63,646 bases of DNA, filler included, from Craspedostauros australis (GCA_030167865.1; 9 parts of 9 records of this genome joined end to end with filler, not necessarily neighbours in it); one strand, 5' to 3'. Positions 12,066 to 24,380 are shown, counted from the first letter of the whole stretch. Program-made: numbers and translations. Notes: a model not told the origin generated them from the sequence alone.

Positions 12066-12612
12066 CCGTGTGTCGGAATGTGTGTACTCGGATGTGTATG
12101 CATCAGTCACACTTGCTTGCCATCATCTAGACTATTTGGTGGCGGAATCACGACACAAAACTATGACGTCACAGCGATACCATCGCTGTACCACGAGGAC
12201 ACCGCGATACTACGACGCCAGGATACCGCGATACCAGCGGATACTACAGTATCCACCACACATGACGTCACATCAAGACCTTACCTACCAGGTCTACAGA
12301 AATGAAATATTCCTCCGTTCCGAAATGATTGCAACTTATCTTTTTTGCGACATGTGTTGAGACACCAACGACGTCATCAAAAGTGGGGGGAGCGGTAACC
12401 AAATTGCTTGTTTTTAGTGACTCTTCCTTCCAAACTCGTGTGGTCGTTTCTCGTCTCTGACGGTGCCAGGTACCACGACAGCAGAATGCGATACCATCCT
12501 GTGTGTCACTACNNNNNNNNNNNNNNNNNNNNNNNNNNNNNNNNNNNNNNNNNNNNTTAATTAATTAANNNNNNNNNNNNNNNNNNNNNNNNNNNNNNNN
12601 NNNNNNNNNNNN

Positions 12613-13718
12613 TGTTTGAATCCTTCAGTGTCTCTGTCGCCCCACAGGCAGGATGTGCCTTCGATAGTGCCCAGAAGGAGCAATCCAAAGAACACCCAAA
12701 ACTCGTGATGAGATATGAGGTGATTGNNATTGTCAATCTGATCCTCTGATATTCTTGTGGGAAGCTGCCTTGTGATGATCCTTTGATTGAGCTTGTCAAC
12801 CTGGACCTTCCAGTTGCCAGGCCACATGTGCTGTAGGAGATGCAGCATGTTGATACGTTGGTACCTGCTGTCCCTGCCCGCGACAGTTAGGTTGGCGAAG
12901 TCAAAGTTTGCAACCCCCACCCACTCCCGTGAAGATCCATCTTTGGGGCTACCAATGTGGTCATCTGGTACAACCTTCCACGTCATTACGTCGGCTCGAG
13001 ATCCCATGCTGATGGAGGTGTTGTTGGAGATCAGTGTGGCCTTCTCTGCATGATGTAGTTCATAGTGGAGGATTTGTTCCTCCATCTCAATTGCATAATT
13101 CAACACGTCGTTGTCAAAGTTGTTGTCAATGTTGNNNNNNNNNNNNNNNNNNNNNNNNNNNNNNNNNNNNNNNNNNNNNNNNNNGCCGTCAATACTGACT
13201 TTGTTGGTTGGGGGCGTGTGCGAAGAGTTTGTTGGTTGGGAAGTCGCGGCCGGAACGTTGGTCAGGTGAATGTTGATGGGAGGAGAGTTCAGTGGTAGAG
13301 AAGTTGCAGCCGGATTGTTGCTTGGGAGAATGTTGCTGGATGGAGAGTTTGTCCCAACACCCAAGTCTTGGCTGACTGCAGGTGCATCCGCCAGTCCAGT
13401 GATTGTCTCTGGTGGCAGGAGGAATCTGTGGCTCTTTGCAAAAGCATCCAATGCTGCAACTCCTTTTCCAACGAAGATGGTTTGAATGTATTCTTCAACC
13501 TTGGTGTCGGGAAGTGGACTTTCATTGCCTTCCAGGCGAATGAGGGTTTGGGAACTGTGTTGGCATACGACACCCAAGGATTCCCAATGGACGATCCAGT
13601 TGTGTTTAGGAAGAACCTTGATCGTGCGTCCCACGATGTAGCCATGCTTTTTGCGAGGTGCGTTGGACCGACGAGGCCCGCATCTGCAAGCGACCTTGGC
13701 TCCNAGAGTGATCCTCAT
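12613..13718 (-). mobile_element. piggyBac-like transposase, N-terminal fragment (broken by gaps)
   Basis: LLQHMWPGNWKVQVDKLN...ISHHEFWVFFGLLL..LW resembles the N-terminal part of diatom piggyBac-type (DDE_Tnp_1_7) transposases. The catalytic region is not in this contig. Confidence 0.6.
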
Positions 13719-16700
13719 GTTGATGTTGTTCGTGTTGCGGAGATGTTGGGAGGGGGATGATCAGAATGTGTGCGATGAAAGTGTTCATGTCTCAATCAAA
13801 TGTTGTGTGCATGTTGATGTGCAAGAAGTGATACAGCGTCACACCCCAACAAATCGAGCGATCGCCGACTGTTATGGATCTGTTGCACTGCTCTGAAACC
13901 ATTGTTGCCAGCAACGATCATTGATAGATGGTGGCAACATNNNNNNNNNNNNNNNNNNNNNNNNNNNNNNNNNNNNNNNNNNNNTTAATTAATTAANNNN
14001 NNNNNNNNNNNNNNNNNNNNNNNNNNNNNNNNNNNNNNNNTGTCTGTTTATTATGAGTTAGCTTATTGGTGTTAGTAGGGTGAAGAAACGATGCCACACA
14101 ACTTGGCGAGACCCTGCACTGATGCATTTGATTCAGTGCAACATAGTAGACAATCAATACAGTACTTGCTCTCCGCACATGTAGTTACACTGCAGTGTAG
14201 GTCATGACGATCGGTGGTGACGGTCATAAAGCAGTGGCTGTGGCTGAAGCTGACCCTCGGATTCCATTGCTTGAGTTGAAGCAAGTTGGATACGCATGTT
14301 GAGACCACGGTGGTAGTGTGGTGGTCATCAGCATGAAGGAATCGAGGTATGTTGTAGTAAGGAGGATCTGAAGAGCATATAGTTCCCAGGTGGGGTGTGA
14401 GTCAGGTCGGTCAGGTTTGAGTCATGATGGATTCGTGAATGGAGGAGAGGAAGGAGGAGAAAAGATTTGGTGGTCGATCAAGTCGGAAGATTTCGTGCCA
14501 AAACAAGAATTTCTCCCATCGGGTTGATACCGTGTTCGGTAATAGTCTGTCCCTCATTGAATCTCAACTCAGATGAATAACTGCCCTTTGCTGTGCACGG
14601 TAATGTGGCACCTGAGTTGCCCTCTCCTGTTTGCACATGTTCAAACCTCTCCTATTGAGTTGCAAGCACCGAGTCCCAAAGTTCAATATTTGGATGACTA
14701 TCTGGGTATGAATACATTGTGAATGACCAAGTTGTTGACTTGATCATTTCTCAGATCAACGTCCCAGAACTTGGCACTTGTGAACTATTGTACAGCTTGT
14801 CAGCAATGACCTCCATCACCTCTTCCATGACTTGGTCCGCTGTTGTTTATTTGGCGTTGTTGGCTTTCATGTTTTGGGTTGGTGTGTTGCTGCCATGGGA
14901 CTGTGCACGGAGACCAGAACCAGACCACCATCATTGCAGTTGGCAAAGCTGACACCAATGGGAAAGGATGAGGCTGGTGCTAGTGCGACAGGCATCAATG
15001 AGATGAATCTGAAGGCAGTAGATGGTTGCTGCAAGGAAAACAAAGGTGGAGCTGAGGGGGTAGGCCTCAGTATGGGGGCCTTTAATCACCATTGCCATGG
15101 GAGGGAGAAGCTTGTTGGCCATGGTAGAGAACATGTGTGAGTTGGGCACATGAGTTGTCCTGGTCAAGGTGGAGAAAGACAGCCATGGATACAGTTCTGG
15201 CTGCCTCTGATATCATCATGGTTTGGATCATCGTCTTGCTGGCTCCTGAATTTGGTTTTTGGTGTTGACGGGTAGGCTGTCTCTATGATTGATGGGTGGA
15301 TTCGTGGGTATGGTGGGCATCGTCCTGAAGGGATTGCTGTTGGAGTTGCGATGGAGCTGCAATGAATTTGTCTCTGCTGAGAGAGAAGGGAATGGCGTTT
15401 TCCATCCCCTGGATGCCCGGGTGACCACTGGTAACCCCCAAGTGTAAGTGCTGCTAGGTGGATGCATGGAGAGGCCACTCAGATATTGGTGAGAGAGCAG
15501 AATTATTGGGGACATCACTGTTGCCTTCTGTTGGTTGTCTCTCAGGCCTGCTCACACTTGGGCGTTCGGAGTGCCCTCCTGAGCGTGTTTGGGCGTTTGG
15601 GTGAATGTGTTGATGTTTGTGCTTGCGAGTGTGTGATGTTGGATGTGATGATGTGTACGGTCTGCGTTGTTTGTTGGCATGAATGATCACAACATGACTT
15701 AGTCGGAGGGGTCGACAATTGCTTGGACATGCACAAACTACACAGGAACAAGAATACACGAAAAATCATACTCGTTCCCATTCAGCAGTGCAGGCGAATG
15801 TGTGTGCTACGTTAGTATGACAAGATAACAGTTGGCAAACAATCCAGGTCTTTTATACACAGAAAATCAAAATCATGCGGAGTAGAATAGTAGGGCGCGA
15901 GTCGAACATGCAGCACACGCGATGTTGTGACGAATGTAGAAGAGTATGATACAAGATCACTCAACAAAAACGTGCGGTGCAAAAAGGAAGAGAAAGCGAG
16001 AATCGAACCAGAGCAAAAGAATCCCGCCATTGCGTTTTCACAGTGCCCACAATGCGATTTTGTATTTGAGCATACAAACTTCAAATACTGTCGATTGCAT
16101 TCGCACTCCCACCACCAATGTCGCAAACGCACACTTCGAAATGGATTGGCAAACGCATGCTTTCGCAACCAAAACACACGCGAAAATCAGCTCTGATCTG
16201 AACCAGGTGGCATGAAGACGTCAATTCGAACGTCTGTCCAACCACACGCAACTTTGGCGATGTCACACAGCACGGAACATGTGACATCACACGGTACTTA
16301 ACGAAAACAAGAACGACGTCATCACAGGTTCGACTCCGAATAACGTCCATAACGTTCAAATGAGCACGAATGATTGTTCTCTACCAAGCTTCCCACCAAG
16401 CAAAACACAAAGAAAGCGAAAATCAGATAGAAATGGGTTCCACGTGTCGTGACATGATCGCCCACAAAGCCAACGTCTGTCCGCTTGCACCGTATTTTGC
16501 CTCTAAAACAGTAGATTGCCACCCTCATAACTTTATAACTAAGGCCTGGACTCACCATCTAACGCCTGAATCATGTTACCATAACAATAAAGTATATAAA
16601 TATAGGTATTGATTTTTATGAGGGGCCGTACAAGCTTGGGCCAAAATGCATTCTGCCTGGACCGCACCGCTTTTCGCTCACACGGGTCATATGGGATACA

Positions 16701-16843
16701 CCATGCTCAACAGTGTCAACATGACAGTGCATGGATACAGATGAGCTGCTGTGAGCACTAGTCTTGGATTGCGTTGAAATGTCACTTTTTGAAATAACAC
16801 GGTGGTGCATTTAAGGTTACAGGTTACTGTAAACACTAACCCT

Positions 16844-16997
16844 GACAACCGGACGCCCCGTTTCGCCACCGCGACAGTTGCCTACCATGAAAATTGAAAT
16901 CGGAAGAGAACGTGAGATTGTGCTCACAGTTCTAAAACGGTACAGTTCTAACAGCGGATTAGATTACAGTACTAACTATAACCCCGGATTTCCAATA
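16844..16997 (+). mobile_element. 3' fragment of the subtype-A element abutting a copia RNase H
   Basis: Near-identical to ~9016-9170; ends CCCCGGATTTCCAATA. Confidence 0.88.
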
Positions 16998-17365
16998 CAG
17001 TCGCAACATCAACATACGGAGCAGAATTAAATGCAATGCGCTCGGCTACCGAGGAAATCATTGCACTCCGATACGCACTCCGATCGCTGGGAGTCACAGT
17101 CAAAGCGCCAACGATCACGTTCGGCGACAATGCTGCAGTGATATCGAACACGACCATTGCAGACAGCTTGCTACAAAAGAAGAATGTGGCAATATCATTC
17201 CACAGAGTCCGGGAGGCTGTGGGAGCTGGAATCCTTGTACCAGTCTACGTCCCATCAACACGGAACTTTGCGGATATGCTCACAAAGGCACTGGCAAAGC
17301 CAGAACTCACATCATTTGTCACAACTCTGTTCTATGCAGGTCTACCTCGAGATCAAGGAGCGTGA
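16998..17365 (+). mobile_element. C-terminal RNase H of a second, different copia-type element
   Basis: TVATSTYGAELNAMR..LRYALRSLGV..FGDNAAVI..LQKKNVAISFHRVREAV..NFADMLTK. A G-run at ~17428-17432 followed by TGTC at 17434 may be the PPT and 3' LTR start. Confidence 0.88.
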
Positions 17366-17993
17366 CAATTCTCACTGAATTCCTTACTTCTTACTTCTTT
17401 ACTAATCGTACTAGTCAAATACTGGTCGGGGGTTGTCTTCGGACAACACTCACAAATAATCAACAAGAGCTCTGACCAGGGCACACAACAATGGGCCAAT
17501 ACGTCTTCCATAGTTACTTGTGCTTGTTTGACAATATGAATCAGTCAAGGGACGTCGACGGCACCACTCGGTCACTTGCTACACGCGCTGGAGATGGTTG
17601 ATACCACACACGACGGACCAATTGTTCTGAGCAAAACATTGCATCGCCACAGCCTGGATGCAGCTGCAAAATCGTTGCAGGTTTTGCGTCGCAACGGTCC
17701 CTTCGATGGCGCCGTGATTAACTTGAGGATGGGAGACTTGGTATGATTGCTTTATGCCGACGCGTTGTAGTGGCATGCTGGAGATGGCTGCCAACAACAT
17801 GGTGGTCTGTCACGCAGATGCTGATAATGCTGATGCTGATGATGATGTTGGCTGGTCGGTCAGGCGGTAAGTCTATTGGCACCCCCTGCTTGGTGGTTGG
17901 CGAGTCTTGATGGACGTGCCGGGCAAGCAGATAACTTCGAGCAATCATCTCAGTCGGCTCAGCTCCAAACCAACACCATCATCGACGTCACCA

Positions 17994-20230
17994 TCACGCT
18001 GACGAGGACAAGCACATCTGCCGCGGACTTGACATTTGGCACAGACGGAACATCTTCTTGAAGATGTTGCCCATACCAGCCACATGCGAGAAGCTGCGGT
18101 GCTGCCGGAACAGCTCCACCGTGGAATTTGTGATGGAAATCAACTCCTGCGGGCTGACGAAGGGTCCATGACGGATGCTGAGACGATCAAAGCAGCAGCT
18201 GCTCGACATGAGATCCGGCACGTCATACATCACGCGCTTGCCACCCAAGTCTACATCGTCGTACCTCTCCTTGTGCGCCTCCAAAGTCACTTGCAACACA
18301 TCCGACGCAATCGAAATGGGTTGGCCACGATGCGGAATGATGACGGACGAAGAGAACCGACCAGTAGGTGCTGGCTGCAGCGCATGCCGCAGCAAGTAGT
18401 GCACGTCGCGCATGTGCAGTAGCTCGTCGGCCTTGGTGCAGTAGACGAAATCAAACTCATCCTGGCTGTACACATTCTGCCGCAGCAGCTCCTTCGCCGT
18501 GACCGATGTGCCATACGTCAAGCGATCGAACGACCGCAGATCCTTGATGAACTGCACGTCGTACAGATACCGATTGAGACTGCTGCTTGTCAGGAATCGG
18601 GGGTACGCTTTTACCAAGATACCCATGATTGCCGCACCTCCCAATAATATCTTCACAACTCGACGAGGTCAACTTTGTTGACAACACTCGGACCACCTTG
18701 TAGCCTGTCCCCCATCAACCCCCTGTCCATGAAAGACATCAACATCAGTCATGTCCCGCCATGGAGCCTATCCATGTACCACCGCTGTAATGAGGGCGAA
18801 CCTATGGATCGACCACTAGGGATGTAATCGCACATGAGCCAAGACTATGGGCGAAACTGTCGATATGTATCAGACATGTCAACGCGCATCGACGGACAAG
18901 GGATCGCTTCTCTGAGAAAGAGAAACAGAGGCGACCCCCCTATCCGCTCAAGAGCACGAATGACGACGTGACATGCATTCATCATAACCAGCCTGTATGC
19001 AATAATGGATCAGGAGAAATGCTGAGGAACCGAGGGCCATGTGGGATCGATCAGACTGAGACCCATGCTGAAGGTACCTGTGCGTCTATGAGAGATGCTG
19101 CTCGAATGTAGAGGATGCAAACTACCACGGTAATGCATGATGAATCTGCAGAAGAGAGCATGAAAGCAAGATGATGAAGCAGATGAAAGCAACCATGAAC
19201 TTGTGCATGATCATGGTGAACTGCTACGGATTACACTTGCTGCTGAATTGGAATTGGAGAGTCAAGGAGTGTGTTCTCACAGTTCTAAATTGGTACAGAT
19301 TGATAACAGATTAGTCTACTACCTTAACCCCGGATTTCCAACAGCTGCTTTGCGCGACGTAGGCGTAGTCGGATGGATCTCCCACGAATACGACGGCATT
19401 TGGGAACACGGCCGCCACCGTCTGTCTTGAACATGATGTTGAGGAACAGCTGGCTGCGTCACAATGCCGGGCCGTCGAGCTTGGCCGCGTAGTACGCTAC
19501 GATCGCCAAGGTGTGTCCGTTGCGTTGCTTCGAAGCGTTGTTGTAGAAGTCGTTGTGCTCGTAGTCATCCTGCATGCCTTCCAACAGCTGGATCGTATCA
19601 TCCAGCAGCTCCGCACTCCTACCCGTGATCTTCTCGTAGTACGACAGATGATGCACGAAGAAATCGAACATGTCGACGGCTTGCAGATTCCAGCTCTTCG
19701 CGCTCATTGCGAAGTGACCAAACTCCAAGTTTATGCTCTTGGCTTCGTGAAGATGCTACAGGCTGATGCAGCCGTTGCTGAGCAAGCGGTCGACGGTGAC
19801 GAGCCACGCGGCCGAATAGCCATCGCTGGGCTGTTCTCGCGTCATGCCAGCAAACCGTTGCGTGCTGTCGTCCGCTGTGGATGACGCAGCAGGGAACGTT
19901 GTCATGTCGACGGTCCCGTCCTCGTTGTCTTCGAATGACACCCCGCGACCCTGCAGTAGATCATCCCTGCTGTACCCTGACATTAACCGCTGCGGTCTGT
20001 GGCCTGTTGAGAAGTCGTGGATCGCGTCGAACGGTGGCATCTTCAGCACGCCCGACAGTCCTGACTGANNNNNNNNGAGAAGTCGTGGATCGCGTCGAAC
20101 GGTGGCATCTTCAGCACGCCCGACAGTCCTGACTGAGTGGCTTCCGGCCATTGGGAGCGTGTGGCTGTGGCTGCATTACCATCCCCCTTGGACGACGTGA
20201 TGACGACATCAGGGACATCGAAGAGGTTGG
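17994..20230 (-). pseudogene. Disrupted gene, possibly glycosyltransferase-like, split by the 18588-19343 insertion
   Basis: Collinear minus-strand ORF pieces (19756-20151, 19459-19728, 17994-18587). The frame rejoins as YVAQSSSLNRYLY when the insertion is removed. In-frame stop at 19459 plus frameshifts. FDFVYCTKADELL is reminiscent of a GT-A DxD-region strand (tentative). Confidence 0.55.
18588..19343 (+). mobile_element. Complete 756-bp TG...CA element (subtype B) with 6-bp TSD GCTGCT
   Basis: Ends TGTCAGGAATCGGGGG...CCCCGGATTTCCAACA. GCTGCT at 18582-18587 and 19344-19349. Termini are homologous to 8403-9170 while the interior has diverged. Confidence 0.92.
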
Positions 20231-20242
20231 ATATCCACAAGG

Positions 20243-20325
20243 ATTTTTCGTCGCACAAAAGTCGAAAAATTGCGTCAGGACGCAACAGTCCGACACAACC
20301 TCCAAAACCTTGCGTCCTGACGCAA
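20243..20325. repeat. Inverted-repeat cluster
   Basis: TTGCGTCAGGACGCAA (20270-20285) and its exact reverse complement TTGCGTCCTGACGCAA (20310-20325), plus ATTTTTCG...CGAAAAAT (20243-20270). Confidence 0.85.
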
Positions 20326-20745
20326 CCCCAAAATTAACGCGTAAATTTTACACGAGACTTGTTTCTGATTGACCACATCGAATGGTCGCAATCTAAATCG
20401 GTTTATTTAGAGAGTTTTCTGTTCAGTCTTTTGCTCGCAATGAGCCGTCCATTGTCGATCCTCATGCAGTTTCAAAGGGATGTACTTGTGTTATTCCATC
20501 AACAACTGCTAGTATGTTTAGAGTTTACATCTCTGACGTTTCCCTTGGGATTCTTCCTTCTGCTCCACCTCTCGTTTCATCGCCGCTTCAAAAATGCCTT
20601 GTTGATTGCGCAGGGAGCGCCGGGGTGATGCCTTCGCAGCCTCCANNNNNNNNNNNNNNNNNNNNNNNNNNNNNNNNNNNNNNNNNNNNTTAATTAATTA
20701 ANNNNNNNNNNNNNNNNNNNNNNNNNNNNNNNNNNNNNNNNNNNN

Positions 20746-21378
20746 GCCCTGCCGCAGTCGCTGTCGTCCAAAGCATCCGCCGCTCTGCTCGTCGCGCTGC
20801 CCTTCGTGTACCTCGCCTTCGCCTACCGCATGCTCAAGAACATGCATGGCGGAGAAGACATACTGTCCAACGTCACGCCGCATCGCCGTCAGCAGACCAC
20901 CTTCCGCGATGTTGCGGGCTTGCCCAACGTCATCCCGGAGCTGTACGAGATCGTGTCCTACCTCGAGAATCCGCGGCACTACCAGCAGCTCGGCGCCACA
21001 CCACCGCGTGGTGTGCTGTTGCACGGACCGCCCGGCACGGGCAAGACCCTGCTCGCCAAGGCGGTGGCCGGGGAGGCCAACTGCGATGCCTTCCTCGTCT
21101 GCAGCGGCAGCGATTTTTGTGAAATGTACGTGGGTCGCGGCAGCGCGCGTGTGCGTGCCGTCTTCCGCAAGGCCCGCAACGACGCGTACCGCAACCGTTT
21201 CGGGGTGTGGCATTCCCTCTTGTCGTGGATGGCACCAGTCTCCACGAAGCCAGCCACCGCCATCATCTTCATCGACGAGCTCGACGCGTTGGCCAAATCC
21301 AGATCCATCGATTCCTTGAACATAAATGATGAACTCGGGTGTGTGCGCAAGCAAACACTACACTCTGGAGTACTCTAA
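20746..21378 (+). CDS. FtsH-like AAA+ ATPase, 3' part (same locus as 47035-48308); ORF stops shortly after Walker B
   Basis: TFRDVAG, PRGVLLHGPPGTGKT (Walker A), MYVGRG pore loop, IIFIDELD (Walker B). Confidence 0.85.
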   Translation, partial: ALPQSLSSKASAALLVALPFVYLAFAYRMLKNMHGGEDILSNVTPHRRQQTTFRDVAGLPNVIPELYEIVSYLENPRHYQQLGATPPRGVLLHGPPGTGKTLLAKAVAGEANCDAFLVCSGSDFCEMYVGRGSARVRAVFRKARNDAYRNRFGVWHSLLSWMAPVSTKPATAIIFIDELDALAKSRSIDSLNINDELGCVRKQTLHSGVL

Positions 21379-21799
21379 ACGTCTCTACTCGATGCGATTA
21401 TGGTGTTATGTGACATTCGTGCCAGTAGGGTATTTGAAATGATAGGTAAGAATTAAGTATGTCAACATGTCTGTTATGACTCTTGTGATGTAGATGATTG
21501 AAGTGAACGTCTGCTGATCGGACCTTCTCTCTGGAGAGGTTGTACAATGGCGCGAAGGCAGAGCCCGTGTGTGCATGGGCACCGTGGTTGTCGAACCAGG
21601 GCAGATCCTCGTCGAACACCATGTGCCGGCGCATTTCCAAATTGAACCAGCATATTTGTTTGGCTGGACGTTGGACAAGTTCTGCGATGGTGGCTCCCTC
21701 GCTGGGGCACGAATACAATTGATCGACGTCTGGGCTGGTACTCGGGATACCATCGTCGTTCATCAAGTCGTCGGACGGTTGGGGCTCCAAAAGGGGCGG

Positions 21800-22454
21800 C
21801 TACGGTTGTGCAAGATCGGCCAAAAAATCCATCCAATCTTCATCCTGCAGCAACACTTCATCGATGTCTTGGTTAGTGTTGTACGTCTCTCGTTCTGCCC
21901 TATCTCTCTCACGTGCAACGGCTGCCAAGGGATGATCATAAGAGATACTCATCGAGGAGAGGAGAGCGCAGCAATAGAACGCAAATGTCAACGATCGGTG
22001 AGAATGGGGTGCACCCGGACACGCGATGCCACAGTGGATATGAAGGAAAAGTGAAAGGAAATGTCATGGACTGCGATGGACTGAGATGCAGTGACTTACC
22101 AACGCGACTCTGAGCGCCTTGCAGTACTTGGGGATCGATAGGAGCGGGGGGATTCCCCTCGCGCAGGGCATGTTGAATCGTTCTGAAAACCTCACGGTCA
22201 CCACGCTCGTCCCAGGTCAATCGACCGTTGACAAGACGAACGTTCTTGACGAAGAGACCCGACGTCGTCTCATTGATGCTTGCACGGGCAAGCTCTACCA
22301 CCCACCACTTCTCACCTCTCGGCGCACTGTGATAGTCTAGCCAGAACTGGCGTATGATACATCTGTAGATGATGTTCGCTGCATGGTTGTGGTGGGCTCT
22401 GCCACCCTTGGGTCTCCATATGTGATCATCGGGCGGTGGTGGTGGGGCTGCCAT
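21800..22454 (-). CDS. DUF6824-like diatom protein; 3' exon structure uncertain
   Basis: KGGRAHHNHAANIIYR..YHSAPRGEK..GLFVK..WDERGDREVFRTIQHALRE follows the DUF6824 pattern. ATG at 22454; GTAAGT donor at 22099. Confidence 0.65.
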
Positions 22455-23133
22455 TGTCGGTGATGGCAATGCTGTTGTACTGTTTTGCTTTCTGTCTTGA
22501 ATTTATGATCGAATTTGGGCGGAGATGGATCAGGTTGCATTCCGCGCAAGTTCACAGCACTGCTACTGCAAGTCTCCACGGCGGCATCCACACTCGTCGC
22601 GGCCAACGAGGCCGAGACACTCATCTGATCGCACTTGCCGCACCCATTCATGTTTGGAATTGCTTTCCTTTCCGCTTAGAGATGCCTCCCTTTACTCTCG
22701 CTTGCACATAGAGTTATGAACGTCTTGGGTCGTGTGAAGAGGATGGCACGTTGACACCTCCTTGTCGGCGTCGACGTCGACGCCGATGTTGAACAAAAGG
22801 CACAAGAACAAAAACGAGAAAGAAGCGAACGAACAAGTCCTGAGAATTGCCATTTTGGATCTCGACTCGTCTGACTACATGTGAACGCAATGGTCTACAC
22901 TAAAGTGCTTGTAGACTGCGACGGATCAAACAAGACAATTTTCCTACATCCATACGCGTAGAATAAATGTAGAGCGGAGTAATCTATTATACTAGACTAT
23001 GTATTAGTAAAATGTATGATGGCAACGCCGTGCCTCTTATAACAAAGGGGCACAGAATCTGCCACATCGGCGATCGGATGATGTGTGCAGGAAGGTTTCG
23101 TCCTTCCGCAACCGCGCGCATCCAAGGCCGGCA

Positions 23134-24380
23134 TCACGGGGATCGCACGCTGGAGGCCTCGACGTCGCTGTCCCAATCATCGTGGCTCGTTGCGCTGGCC
23201 TCGTCGGCCGCCTCCTGGATGATGGAGAGCTTCTTCGTGGCCGGTATCAATCGCAGGCAGGCACGTTCCATCAGTGCTCGGATCCGCCGTTCCTCCCTCG
23301 CGCGGCATTCTTCCGACAGGGCGTGCAGCTTCTGCACGGTGTAGATTTCGACGCCGAACAGCAGAGAGATGGTGGGCAGAAACAAGAATTTCCACAGGAC
23401 GAGTATCGTCGTCGAGTTGTCCTCGAATTTGCCACCCATGACGATGGAGACTGAATAATACAGGATGGATACGGCGGCGATGATCGTCTTGCTGATGAGC
23501 GCCTGATACGCTGCGAGCTTGAACAATGTCGCGTGGCGCTGTGTAAAGAGATCGAGCGTGTAGAAGAAGGTCGCGACGGAGCTGCGGATCGAGTCGTCGA
23601 ATTGATGTGGATGTCCAATGGATGATGATGGTGATGATGTTGGCGTGGACGTGAGTGCGCGGGTTTATTAAAGGGGTTGCATGCTTACATGAGATTGGTA
23701 GTCGATGTCTGCGGTGGTAATCCGTGGCTCGTCATCCCAGCCGGCAACATCCACAGGCAGCAATAGCGCCGCAACCTGTTGAAGGTTATTATCGCAGCGA
23801 ACCCCGCAAAGCAGTGCATTTGTACTCGCACAGTCACTCACCTCATTTGTTCCGTCGTGGCGAACATGCCCACCAATGTGATGAACCGAAGGTAGATCAT
23901 ATCGGATGAATCGTAATAGGCCGCGATGCTCATTTGCAGCAGGACCAGCACGGCGACGAAATGGGTCAATCGGGCCCATCGAATGGTCTTGCGATAGATG
24001 ATCTCCCAAATGTACAACACGACGATACTCTGCGCCGCAAAGAAGGACCAATTGAGCTGATGCGACGTGGTGGAATCCTTGAGCTGGAACAGGTAGTGCG
24101 TGCTGCCGTAGATTTGCAGGATGAATGCGATCGTCGTGATGATCGTGCGCAGCACATGCACGACGAGGGTCTTTTGCCTGTCCTCTTCGAGTTCCCTGAA
24201 TAGAGTCTTGATGTTGTAGCGGTCCATGTTGGTGAGGCACGATGTCGTGAGATGGGCCAACAGCCACATGACGATGACGCAGTTGAGGCTGAACCAGCCA
24301 TGCTGGAAGGGGCTGTAATGGTCGAACACACCATCCTCGTGGATGAGGACGAACGACGCGCTCTCTTCTGACATGGACAT
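23134..24380 (-). CDS. Multi-pass membrane protein, TLC-like (exons 24380-23842 and 23581-23134)
   Basis: Multiple hydrophobic helices; YIWEIIYR and ATTEQ motifs. A GTGAGT...CCGCAG intron joins the frames as ATTEQMSSVATFFY. Confidence 0.7.

Noticed and set aside
14041..15700. Decayed coding-like sequence on the minus strand
   Set aside because: Many stops and no recognisable motif; cannot be assigned.
15927..16196. 89-aa ORF with CPQC/His residues as a zinc finger
   Set aside because: Short, non-ATG start, and the spacing fits no finger type I recognise.
18588..19343. Element acting as an introner (both complete copies are multiples of 3 long)
   Set aside because: No consistent GT...AG at the boundaries in host orientation, and both hosts are otherwise decayed; the length coincidence is plausible by chance.
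20010..20135. ~59-bp direct repeat
   Set aside because: The copies directly flank a 9-N gap, so this is an unmerged contig overlap.
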